In this document: one piece after another, positions 37,482 through 48,881 of the stretch
Layout of the letters: every line of letters starts with the position of its first letter
How positions within the stretch are numbered: position 1 is the first letter of the stretch
DNA from: Macrostomum hystrix
Lineage: Eukaryota > Animalia > Platyhelminthes
Length of the DNA stretch: 64,000 bases
NCBI GenBank assembly: GCA_950097015.1
Contig: CATNEN010000007.1
Coordinates: 5,146,001-5,210,000, forward strand
Direction of reading: 5' to 3'
Position numbers and translations under genes: made by a program
Notes under the pieces: model-generated
Told to the model about the DNA's origin: nothing
The model's input: only the letters and a program-made list of their open reading frames with translations
Databases searched by the model: none

Positions 37482-38327
37482 TTCCAGCTCTCGTTCACTC
37501 GCCCTACCGTGGCGTCATCGACGTCGTCTACATCGGCGACGGTGGCCGCTGCGGCGGCTTCGTCCCTAGGGTCGCTGCTGATGCAGCAGCCCACGCCAGC
37601 GGCCGGGGTGCCCGCCTTCGGCTTTCCTAGAAAGCGGCACGGCAGTCAGGACTGCGCACCGGCTGCGCCAGCCAAGATCTTCCTCACCGAGGAGGCCGTG
37701 GCGGCTAACCTGGGCCAGATGTCGCTGGAGGCTGCAGCGACGGCTGCCGCAGCCGCCTCAAATTCGGCATCTTCGTCGCCACCGCAGCCAGCTGAGCAGC
37801 AGCTATTGGATCTGGTTGAAGATCTGGACGATGAGTTGCCGCAGCAGCAGGAGCTCAGGCTGACTGTCAACAGCCCGGATGTTGCTCGCCTAGTTGAACT
37901 GGCATCTTCGGGATCTTCAACTGTGGCAGCTAGAACAGCATCTTCGCTGTCAGCATCGGCTGCGTCGGCTGCGACTTCTTCGCTACCGTTGGCTATCGCT
38001 GAACGCGTCGCCTCGGTCAGTCGACTGTTCGGCGAGGCCCAGGAAGTTCCCGCCGAGCCAGCTCCCAGCGCCGGTCCTGCCGGTGGCAACAGCTGCCGCC
38101 AGCTCATCCTCTGGCAGCCGCCTCCGTCAGCCGGCCCAGCCGCCGAGGATTCGCGCGACATCCTCAAAGCCGTCCGCCGCGAGCGACGGCAGCAGAAGCA
38201 GCAGCAGCAGCAGCCTGTGTTTCTCTTATCTGATCAGCCAGTTATGGAGGCTGAAGAAGTTGAGACTGAGCCTGCTGACCTTGACATCGATGTCAATGAC
38301 TGCGCCGAGATGGATATGGACCTCTGA
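37482..38327 (+). CDS. HCFC1R1(HPIP)/CCDC117-like low-complexity protein; coding exon after acceptor TTGCAG|, first in-frame ATG at 37581
   Basis: GC-rich open exon. RKRH..AKIFLTEEAVAANLGQMSL resembles HPIP KQFLSEENMATHFSQLSL; CRQLILWQPP resembles the CCDC117 ELVLWKP motif; acidic EMDMDL end. Start codon uncertain. Confidence 0.6.
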   Translation, partial: FQLSFTRPTVASSTSSTSATVAAAAASSLGSLLMQQPTPAAGVPAFGFPRKRHGSQDCAPAAPAKIFLTEEAVAANLGQMSLEAAATAAAAASNSASSSPPQPAEQQLLDLVEDLDDELPQQQELRLTVNSPDVARLVELASSGSSTVAARTASSLSASAASAATSSLPLAIAERVASVSRLFGEAQEVPAEPAPSAGPAGGNSCRQLILWQPPPSAGPAAEDSRDILKAVRRERRQQKQQQQQPVFLLSDQPVMEAEEVETEPADLDIDVNDCAEMDMDL

Positions 38328-38372
38328 TCACTGCTCAGCTGTACGTCTTGGCTGATGACTTCTATTCCCTCT

Positions 38373-38858
38373 CAGTCCACCTGTCTGTCTGTGAGTCCAC
38401 CTGTCTGTCTGTGAGTCCACCTGTCTGTCTGTGAGTCCACCTGTCTGTCTCTATGTGTCCACCTGTCTGTCTCTGAGTCCACCTGTCTGTCTGTGAGTCC
38501 ACCTGTCTGTCTGTGAGTCCACCTGTCTGTCTCTATGTGTCCACCTGTCTGTCTCTGAGTCTACCTGTCTGTCTGTGAGTCCACCTGTCTGTCTGTGAGT
38601 CCACCTGTCTGTCTGTGAGTCCACCTGTCTGTCTCTATGTGTCCACCTGTCTGTCTCTGAGTCTACCTGTCTGTCTGTGAGTCCACCTGTCTGTCTGTGA
38701 GTCCACCTGTCTGTCTCTATGAGTCCACCTGTCTGTCTGTGGTGAGTCCACCTGTCTGTCTGTGAGTCCACCTGTCTGTCTCTATGAGTCCACCTGTCTG
38801 TCTGTGAGTCCACCTGTCTGTCTGTGAGTCCACCTGTCTGTCTCTGAGTCCACCTGTT
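38373..38858. repeat. 20-bp minisatellite GTCCACCTGTCTGTCTGTGA, about 24 copies, 45 bp after the stop codon
   Basis: Tandem units visible. Confidence 0.95.
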
Positions 38859-39689
38859 TCTGCCTACCTGCCTTAATTACTCATTAAACAGCCAGCACTG
38901 CCCAGTTTGTCTAATTCAGTACAGCCGCCTTCTAGTACAGTCGTTGGCCTCCAGAATTTTTCTAATCATTTATTTACGAGTATTTTAACAGTTCAAGCTT
39001 TTGGGTAATATTTCGCATAAATTCTCAAATCCTAATGCTAGAATGCAAATTATCAATTCAATTATCATATTAAAGATTTATAACTAATTAGTTTCTTTAA
39101 TTTAATATAATTACTTTGCAATTTTTGCTACTGTGAGTAGCATTGTTGGTATTGTCATTTGCATTGGTTTGTTGGGCCATTTGATAATTTTGCGTGCAAA
39201 CGAGGTGTCATTAATTAGCTTCATAATTAGGCAAATCTATGCAATCGGTATTAGTTAACTATTAAAATATGCTTACTGTAAATACGTTTCTTAATCTGGG
39301 ATTGTGCTTATAACAAATATATACCGCGTTGATATTTGTTTGTTTATATGAGGTAAAAGTTGATTAAGCCATGCGTCACTTTAAAATCTGCAAGAAAACA
39401 ATTTGTGGCTTACCGCTAAAGTGTCAGTTTTTTTAATGCAATTTTTTAGTCCATCGACTGATCCCTATTAATTTGGGACAGCAAGAATAGGGCTGATGGA
39501 AAGGGGAAATAGGAGAAGAACACTGGTGAGGGACAAAATGCGATGTAGAAAAAGTGATTATATAGAGGTAAGAAGGGATAATTTATATATGGAGATGGGA
39601 GAGGGAATGTAGGGGAAAGGGAGAGGAAAAATATGGGAGAAAGGAGAGGAGAATAGAGGGGAGATGAGAGGTGGGATAATAACTACACT

Positions 39690-41254
39690 GGAGATGGGAG
39701 AGGGATAATACAGAGGAGATGGGAGAGGGATAATGCAGGGGAGATGGGAGAGGGATAATACAGAGGAGATGGGAGAGGGATAATACAGAGGAGATGGGAG
39801 AGGGATAATGCAGGGGAGATGGGAGAGGGATATTACAGAGGAGATGGGAGAGGGATATTACAGAGGAGATGGGAGAGGGATAATGCAGGGGAGATGGGAG
39901 AGGGATATTACAGAGGAGATAAGAGAGGGATAATGCAGGGGAGATGGGAGAGGGATAATGCAGGGGAGATGGGAGAGGGATAATGCAGGGGAGATGGGAG
40001 AGGGATAATGCAGGGGAGATGGGAGAGGGATAATACAGAGGAGATGGGAGAGGGATAATGCAGGGGAGATGGGAGAGGGATAATGCAGGGGAGATGGGAG
40101 AGGGATAATGCAGGGGAGATGGGAGAGGGATAATGCAGGGGAGATGGGAGAGGGATATTACAGAGGAGATAAGAGAGGGATAATGCAGGGGAGATGGGAG
40201 AGGGATAATGCAGGGGAGATGGGAGAGGGATAATGCAGGGGAGATGGGAGAGGGATAATGCAGGGGAGATGGGAGAGGGATAATACAGAGGAGATGGGAG
40301 AGGGATAATGCAGGGGAGATGGGAGAGGGATAATGCAGGGGAGATGGGAGAGGGATAATGCAGGGGAGATGGGAGAGGGATAATGCAGGGGAGATGGGAG
40401 AGGGATAATACAGAGGAGATGGGAGAGGGATAATACAGAGGAGATGGGAGAGGGATAATGCAGGGGAGATGGGAGAGGGATATTACAGAGGAGATAAGAG
40501 AGGGATAATGCAGGGGAGATGGGAGAGGGATAATGCAGGGGAGATAGGAGAGGGATAATGCAGGGGAGATAGGAGAGGGATAATGCATGGGAGATGGGAG
40601 AGGGATAATGAATGGGAGAGGGATAATGCAGGGGAGATGGGAGAGGGATATTACAGAGGAGATGGGAGAGGGATATTACAGAGGAGATAGGAGAGGGATA
40701 ATGCAGGGGAGATGGGAGAGGGATAATGCAGGGGAGATAGGAGAGGGATAATGCAGGGGAGATGGGAGAGGGATATTACAGAGGAGATGGGAGAGGGATA
40801 TTACAGAGGAGATAGGAGAGGGATAATGCAGGGGAGATGGGAGAGGGATAATGCAGGGGAGATGGGAGAGGGATAATGCAGGGCAGATGGGAGAGGGATA
40901 TTACAGAGGAGATGGGAGAGGGATATTACAGAGGAGATAGGAGAGGGATAATGCAGGGGAGATGGGAGAGGGATAATGCAGGGGAGATAGGAGAGGGATA
41001 ATGCAGGGGAGATAGGAGAGGGATAATGCATGGGAGATGGGAGAGGGATAATGAATGGGAGAGGGATAATGCATGGGAGATGGGAGAGGGATAATGAATG
41101 GGAGAGGGATAATGCAGGGGAGATGGGAGAGGGATAATGCAGGGGAGATAGGCGAGGGATAATGCAGGGGAGATGGGAGAGGGATAATGCAGGGGAGATA
41201 GGCGAGGGATAATGCAGGGGAGATGGGAGAGGGATAATGCAGGGGAGATGGGAG
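39690..41254. repeat. 25-bp purine-rich minisatellite GAGATGGGAGAGGGATAATGCAGGG, about 62 copies
   Basis: Tandem units; a degenerate purine-rich lead-in starts near 39490. Confidence 0.95.
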
Positions 41255-41573
41255 CCTTAGCTAATTCGAAGACTGATCCATGGCTAAGCAGCGCAGTCTA
41301 TGGCAGTGAGGTCGCACCGGCGATGCTGCTCTGATTCTGGCCAAGCAGTCGTGAGGGTCAGTTCGGGTAAGAGGGTGCTGGGGATTAGCTGACCACAGGA
41401 AGACTCGCCCGCCCCCCTCCCCTCGCTAGCCAATTAGTCTGCGAGAATTTCGTCTGCCCGCGCTTGAAAAAAAACAACTCTGCGGAGCTGTGACGCCAGG
41501 GGCTCAGGATGACTTTGTTTGACAAAATTCACACATTTCTCAAGTCTCCACGCGAATGCGTTTCCTGACTACA

Positions 41574-41607
<34 letters not shown>

Positions 41608-42769
41608 CGTCGAAATCCGCGACCCACGCCATTTCCCGTCCTGAACTGTTGCTCTTTTCCCCACAGCCTCCCTCCCCGGCCTCTCATTCTCTCTGCGCTC
41701 GCGACTTTGCAGCACGCGACTTCTTATCGATTTCCGCCTCACCGTTCAGCCTCCCCCGTCCTGCTCCCCCCCGGTATTTTTTGCTGGCCCCACCTGCGCC
41801 AGAAGAATCACAAATCCCAGATCCCGGGCCTGCTTTCAGCCGCCTGGCTAGGTAGTTGAAAAACTCGAATAGCCAAGCCCGAAAGCTTCAGTATTGGCAG
41901 GGCATTCCGAACAGACGTGACCACGCCCTACTCACCGGTGGCTTCCTCTGATTTCTTTGCCTAAAGAGGCTTCGGTCTCTCAAATGGATTCTTAATCCGG
42001 GATGGGCAGCGAGTGTGAAACGCAACCTATCAAATCCCCCACTTTGGAAAGCGGTAATTCAAATAATAAGCATGTTTTAGCTTCAAATCTGCCTTCAAGA
42101 TGGCACGGGTTGAAGTCTTAGAGTAGGCCCGCCAGTTTCAAAATCCAAACGGCGATGTCTCAATTTACAATTCAACCGACTGCGAATCAGCTCAGAGGAG
42201 TACAGCTCAGCTCGCCAAATCCGGTGTCGGGTTTTCGACTCACAAAAGCGAGCTATGGAAACAAACAGATGGGAGGACAGACCCCGTATAATGGGGAGCA
42301 GGAGCTAATCTTGTCAATCAATGATGCGGAGTCCTGCATGGGGCTTAGTTGCGGGGGCAGGACGAGACAGTAGGTTGGGAGAGGGAAAGACAAAAGGAAA
42401 CTCCGCGCTTGACCCTCCCCGCTCCCAGTAGCTCACAAAGAAGCTTGGATCCGGCACTGACTGTCCTCGGGCAGTCAGTCAGTTAGTTTGTAGCTGAAAT
42501 GCGAGACCAAAGAAGGCTGCGGGGGGGAGAGGGCAAGAGGGAGCAAGCCAGGTGAGCTGTGCAGCTGTCTATGGCACTGCTCTCGTTAGGGTCGTACGCT
42601 GCGCAGGTCCGGTGTATTTCGTTCGGAATACCTTGTTCTAAAATCATTTCCAGCTGTATTCGCTCGCTTTCTGCTCCTTCATTAGACTCGCATCGTCTCA
42701 TCGATCGCTGCCATCAACCCTTAATATTCTCTCCTAATCTTGTCCATCTCTCCCCACCTTATCAATATC

Positions 42770-43135
42770 CCTAATTTTCTCAACCACTCCCGTCTTCTCA
42801 TCTATCTCTCCTCTTATCTCATCCACCTCTCCTCTTATCTCATCCACCTCTCCTCTTATCTCATCCACCTCTCCTCTCATCTTATCCACATTTTTTCTCA
42901 TCTAATTAACCTCTCCTCTCATTTTATCCACCTCTCTTCTCATCTCATCCACCTCTCCTCATCTCATCTACCTCTCCTCTCATCTCATTCACCTCTCCTC
43001 ATCTCATCTACCTCTCCTCTCATCTCATTCACCTCTCCTCATCTCATCTACCTCTCCTCTCATCTCATTCTCCTCTCCTCATCTCATCTACCTCTACTCT
43101 CATCTCATTCACCTCTCCTCATCTTATCTATGTCT
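42770..43135. repeat. 19-21-bp pyrimidine-rich minisatellite (CTCATCCACCTCTCCTCTTAT variants)
   Basis: Tandem units visible. Confidence 0.9.
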
Positions 43136-43834
43136 CCCCTCAAAGCATAAGTTTCTCTCCACATCTTTGCTGTGTTTCTATTTCACCAAAAGTTACGAGT
43201 TTATAAGTAGAGTTTTCTAATTGTAAAATTCCTAAAAGGTGAATTCATAGGGAAAGCAGGTGGAATGCTTCGCCTCCAGTCTTTCTGTGATAATTTCCAG
43301 ATTTCCAGTCCAAACCGCCCTGCCCCAGCCGGCAATCGCCTCTGCTGCCTTCGCAGCCTACGTGACTCAGGCAGCTCGGCTATTTTCAAACAATGCTTCA
43401 GCTAGGGTGTGCCGCGCGAGCTCAACTCTCAAGCCAGTGATTAGCGCTGCAGGTAAAAGCTCTGAGCAGCTAGTAACGTCTGTGTGATTAGTCACTCGTT
43501 CCCTTCCGTTCCCATCGGATTTTGGGATCTGGGATCTCGAGCGGCACTGCTCAGGATGAGCACATATCAAGGCTGGGGATTTTTTAAATAATAGCGGAGC
43601 CAGCCACCCCACCCGCCGGGCTGACAATGCCAGATGAGCTTCAGTGGCGCTGAATTGAGTCCTTTGAAATGCTACGCAACTACGCAGCCTAGAGAGACGG
43701 AGGGGGCTTGGAATTGATTCTGGGAATAAGGAAAACAGAAGGATGATAAGCCACTGAAGACGGGAATGAGGCTAGCCTGATGGTGATAGGCATTGAGAGG
43801 CTGGGCTGCCGGCACACGTGTCTTTGGGAGACAG

Positions 43835-44270
43835 GAACGAGTGAGAAGTAGGGTTAGGAGTAGACTAGAGCGAGTGAGAAGTAGGGTGCGGGGTGGACTG
43901 GAGCGAGTGGGAAGTAGGTGTGGGGTAGCCAGGAATGAGTTAGAAGTAGGGTGAGGGGTAGATAGGAATGAGTGAGAAGTTGGTTGAGGGGTAGATAGGA
44001 GCGAGTGGGAATTAGAATGAGGGGTAGATAGGAATGAGTGAGAAGTAGGGTGAGTGGTAGACAGGAGCAAGTGAGAAGTAGGGTGAGTGGTAGACAGGAG
44101 CAAGTGAGAAGTAGGGTGAGGGGTAGACAGGAGCAAGTGAGAAGTAGGGTGAGTGGTAGACAGGAGCAAGTGAGAAGTAGGGTGAGTGGTAGACAGGAGC
44201 AAGTGAGAAGTAGGGTGAGGGGTAGACAGGAGCAAGTGAGAAGTAGGGTGAGGGGTAGACAAGAGCAAGG
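43835..44270. repeat. 33-bp minisatellite GTGAGAAGTAGGGTGAGTGGTAGACAGGAGCAA, about 13 copies
   Basis: Diverged on the left, homogeneous on the right. Confidence 0.92.
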
Positions 44271-46503
44271 GTGAGAATCGAAGTGAAAAAAGGAACTGAG
44301 TCTCATATTTTGAGTGGTTTTGTTTCAGTAAAAGAGAGCAGCGGTAAGCGCAATTGCAAAGCAGCAGCATGCCATGCAGTGTTCTCAGGGCTAATCAAGC
44401 AACCCTTGAGTTCAAACAATACTCGAGTCCTCATTCGTACGGCTTGTTTCTAATTAAAATGAACTCGAATCTGTTCTGCATCTCCTCGCTGCGCCACAGA
44501 GGTTGGATCAGGATGGACAGGTGGGGCAGAAGGCAGGACGGCAGGGGGAGGGTAGCAGGTGGGACTACAGCCAATCAGTTCCAGGTTGCTAGTGCCTCAG
44601 CTGCTCAAATCCTCAATTTGAAATTCTTCCTACATCCTCCCTTTGTGCTCGGACTCACAAATGCGACAGGCACATGCCTCAGTCTCTTCACTGTCATGCT
44701 CTCTCCTGTCTGCCCGATGTCTCCGCCTGCCTCACCTTATATACCTGTCCTAGTTGCGATGCAGAGCGAGAGCTCGGGCAGGTGCGCCTGGCACAGAGGA
44801 TGTTTTTGTAGCGATTTTGTCCGCCTGTCCTTCGTCAGACGCGGAGCAGCATTTCGGGTGAGTTCGCCTCAGAAGTGAATTTGGCGCTACAGCGAATTTA
44901 TGCCATAGAGAAAGCGTTCGTGATTCACCTGCTAATACTGCATTGCTGGCAGCAGTGTGTCAGCAGTTGAACCACTGACGATTTTCGGTTCGCTGATCAA
45001 CCCAGCCCGCTCACCGCTCCGCTCTTTGCTGGGGATTTCGGGTCATGGATTGTCTACTCGGAGAAGGATCGGCTTGAACAGTAAAAATTCCCCGGGGATA
45101 TTTCAAATACCCAAATTTTCCTTTGTTTTGTATCTCCCAAACAATATTCAACCAATCGCCATGAAATCAAGAACTCGACGATGCTGACTCGGATGGCTAT
45201 GAAAGTCAGTTCATCGTAAAAGGGCGGAAACTGTTGACCCATTTGGTGGAATTTTACGAAAATCGGTCATTCAGTTTGGGGGATTATAAATTATGGGATA
45301 TTAGTTTGGGATTGTAGATTATGGCAATTATTGAATTTTAGTTTTATGGGATGGTAGATTTGAGGATATTAGTTCTCAGGATCGTAAGGTAAGGGATTTT
45401 TAGTTTAATGAATCCCGCATTGTAAAATAAAAGGAAACTAGAAAGTAATTGTGCTAATTAGGAATAAACACACAAAGCAACTTCGACGCAAAGGTGCGGA
45501 AAACATAAAACTAAGTGTTTTTTGTGTTTTTTTTCCAAAGTGGTTTTATTATCAAACAAGCAACTATTACAGAGTCGATTATTTAGCGCAGGTGAACGAA
45601 ACAGGTGACAGAGGCATGCCATACTATTCACATGCAAATAGGCGTCATCTATCAGCATGTTGAACAGCTCAAACTAGGCCTCAGGTCGGTGAGGACAGCG
45701 GTAGAGCGGCAATTTTATACTTATTAGAAAAGCACAGGAACAAAACTTATGTACAAGCATAGCAACAAAGTGAAACTTTAGACTTGAAAAATAATAAATT
45801 TATTACTACTTTATACGCAAATAGTTATAGAAATTATAATAATTCAAACAAAGTAAGCAAACTTATCAAACCAGAAAATAGCAGAGACTGCAAATGCAGA
45901 CTCCATTGGTGGGAGATTAGGGGAGATGGGAAGTGAGACTGCTAGAGCTGTGAATATCATATTAAAACAACGATAACAACAACAATAACAGCAGAAATGG
46001 AACAGACAAACAAACAAAAATAGGATTGCTTTCAGATGGAAATCCCATCTGCATAGTCGTTTTCAATAGTGTTATACGCGAGTGCAAACTAGAATGTACT
46101 TTTAGTGTAACACGTTGGAAACTATTTTGTCGAAATAAATTTATTAGTTAAAGTAAAAGTAAAAAAACAAAGCGCACAAAATTCCGCTGCTCAAAGAGGG
46201 GACAGGTTGGTAGCCCACTAACATATCAACCAGTGCCTAGTGACCAACAGGTTGCTATGCAGTTTATGTACGTTGTCAAGCGGTTGCTTAGCGGTTGCTA
46301 TGCAGTTTATGTACGTTGTCAAGCGGTTGCTATGCGCTGCAAGTCTATTCTAAGGTTGGTAAAAAGTGGTTGCTAGGTGATCGGTTAAATTGTAAGGACA
46401 AATAGATGCAAAAATATGATAAACATCGGGTATAATGCGGTTGCTATGCTGTTGCTAGGCCGTGTTTTCAAGAAAAATAAGGTCAAGAGAAAAATTACGA
46501 GCA

Positions 46504-48503
46504 TCAGACGGCGATGATCTCGATTTCATCGGCCGCAATCTCCTGTTTTCTTTCCACGTCCACAACGTGGTACTTCATGTGAAGCTTGAGGCTCAGTCGG
46601 TGCGTGAAGCTCTTGCCGCAGATCTGGCACACGTGCGGCCTCTCGCCAGTGTGCAGCCGCATGTGGTCCTCCAGGGTGTTGGCCTGGCGAAAGCGCTGGC
46701 CGCACAGGTCGCATTTGTGCGGCTTGTCCCCGGTGTGGGTGAGCAGGTGATGGTTCAGGTGGGCCAGCTGGCGGAATGCCCGGCCGCACAGCTCGCAGTC
46801 GAACGGCTTCTCGTCACGGTGAATGCGCATGTGCACCTGGGTGTGGGGTTTATGGGATATGGAGTGTGGGTTTTGTGGGATATGGAGTGTGAGGTTTGTG
46901 GGATATGGAGTGTGGGTTTTGTGGGATATGGAGTGTGGGCTTTGTGGGATATGGAGTGTGGGCTTTGTGGGATATGGAGTGTGGGCTTTGTGGGATATGG
47001 AGTGTGGCTTTGTGGGATATGGAGTGTGGGCTTTGTGGGATTTGGAGTGTGGGGTTCGTGGGATATGGAGTGTGAGATTTTTCGTTAATTGGGGCGTAGA
47101 ATCTTTTGCTGATGTTGTTTTGGTTTATTCGCTTTCGGAGTGAATGGCTCGTGGGTTAAGGAGTGGTGTTTGTGAGGTATGTAGTGTGGGATTCATAAGG
47201 TTTTCGAGTAATTTATAAAGCCAATTGAATTTACGCAGCGCAATATACTCTAAAAAGCCTACTTGTAAGTAGGCAGCCCAGGAAAATACGCATCAAATTG
47301 TCGCTCTACCTTGAGATAGCCCTGATTGGCGTAGGTCTTGGAGCACACTGAGCACTGGTGCTTCTTGTCGGAATGATGCACCGGCAGGTGGCGCTTCAGG
47401 CTGGTTGGCGTGGCGAAGCTCTTGCCGCACTGCTTGCAAACGTAGGGCTTCTCGCCGGTGTGGGTCTCCAGGTGATTGCGCAGGTGTGCGAACAGGTGAA
47501 ACCGGCGCTGGCAGACGTAGCAGGAAAACCGCTTCTCCCGGTCCATTGTGAGCATGCGAGCTCGGACCACGGCTACCGAGGCACGCTGATGCTGCTGCTG
47601 CTGGAGAAGCTGGCGCTGCTGCTGATAAGACTGGTGCTGCTGCTGGTTCTGTTGGAGCTGATGCTGCTGCTGCTGCTGGCGGCTAATTAGCAGAGTGGAA
47701 GCCGCCGGAGAAGCGGAAGCCGTCAGCACCTGATGATGCTGATTGTGATTCTGCGCCGGTCTGGCAGCGGCGGCGGCGGCTGCAGCGGCCGTCCGCTGAA
47801 TGGCCGCGCTGACGGGACTGAAGTCCTGGCCGTGCTTGTCAGACAGGTAGTTGGCTAGCCGAGAGATGGTCGAGTTCAGGGTTGGCGCGTTGCTGCGGCC
47901 GCCGTGTAGCATCGCCAGCTCGCCACCCGTCTCATCATCGTCGTCATCTTCCTGACCATCAGCTACATCGTCGAGATCGTGAACTGCGGCGGTGCCGTCG
48001 TCAACATCATCGTCTTCGTCAGGCGCCGCCGAGGTGACGACAACCTCCTGGCCGGCCAGGGTGAACAGAGAGGCGACCGCCGCGTCGTCCACGGAGGCCA
48101 CCGCAGCCTCCGCCTCAGCAGCTGCAGCAGCAGCAGCTGCCGCCGACGACAAACTTGAAGAGCCGTCCCCGCTGACAATTCGGCGCCCAATGGTCGGCGT
48201 TGGCTGGACGTCGAATGGCTCCTCCTTGATCAGCATGCGGGAGACACCACCTCCACCTCCACGACTTCCTCGACCGCCGCCGCTTTCGCGACCCGGCGGC
48301 CCGGAGGCCAGCGACAGGTAGGCGGCGTTGCCGGGCCGGGGAGCGAAGCGGCTCTTCAGACTGGCGAGCATCCGGTTGAACTCTTCGTCATTGCAGACGC
48401 CGCCGCCGCCGGAGCCGTAGGCGGCTGCACCGGCAAAGTCATCGAATACTATCTCAACCTCAGGCTCCTCAATAGGCCGGAGCTGTGATTTGCGACTGCT
48501 CAT
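46504..48503 (-). CDS. C2H2 zinc-finger transcription factor with six C-terminal fingers; exons 48503-47310 and 46836-46504 (508 aa)
   Basis: Six CxxC...HxxxH fingers with TGEKP-type linkers; finger 3 is split by AAG|GTAGAG ... CCCAG|GTG (phase 0). N-terminus has poly-A/Q/D tracts and an IKEEP SUMO-type motif. Confidence 0.9.
46840..47075. repeat. 23-bp minisatellite GTGGGATATGGAGTGTGGGCTTT, about 10 copies, abutting the acceptor of the zinc-finger intron
   Basis: Tandem units run up to the AG at 46838-46837. Confidence 0.95.
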
Positions 48504-48881
48504 GGTGTCTGCTTCACTGTCTGTAGCTGTTGCACTTGATCACCACTAAGCTGACAGCTGCAAATAAAAATATCCTTGATATAATTAGATCCAATGTGAT
48601 CTGCTTCTACAAGGCTTAGACCGGCAGTGCCATAGATTAAACGCACTCAATATAATTTATGACGACTTAGTATACTTCAAATAAATAATCTAATAATAGA
48701 CAATTACACAACTGATTAGATAAAAACAGTAGTAAAATATAAGTTAGGTAACCATCTGTATTCGCTTCAATCATTTGAACTTAAGTGCTCCATCCAGGTT
48801 CCAAATATATATCGTTCTCTCATCTTTCTAAAAAACGTTTCTAGCTTGCAAGAATAACACATCTAAAATTAAACGGCAAGC

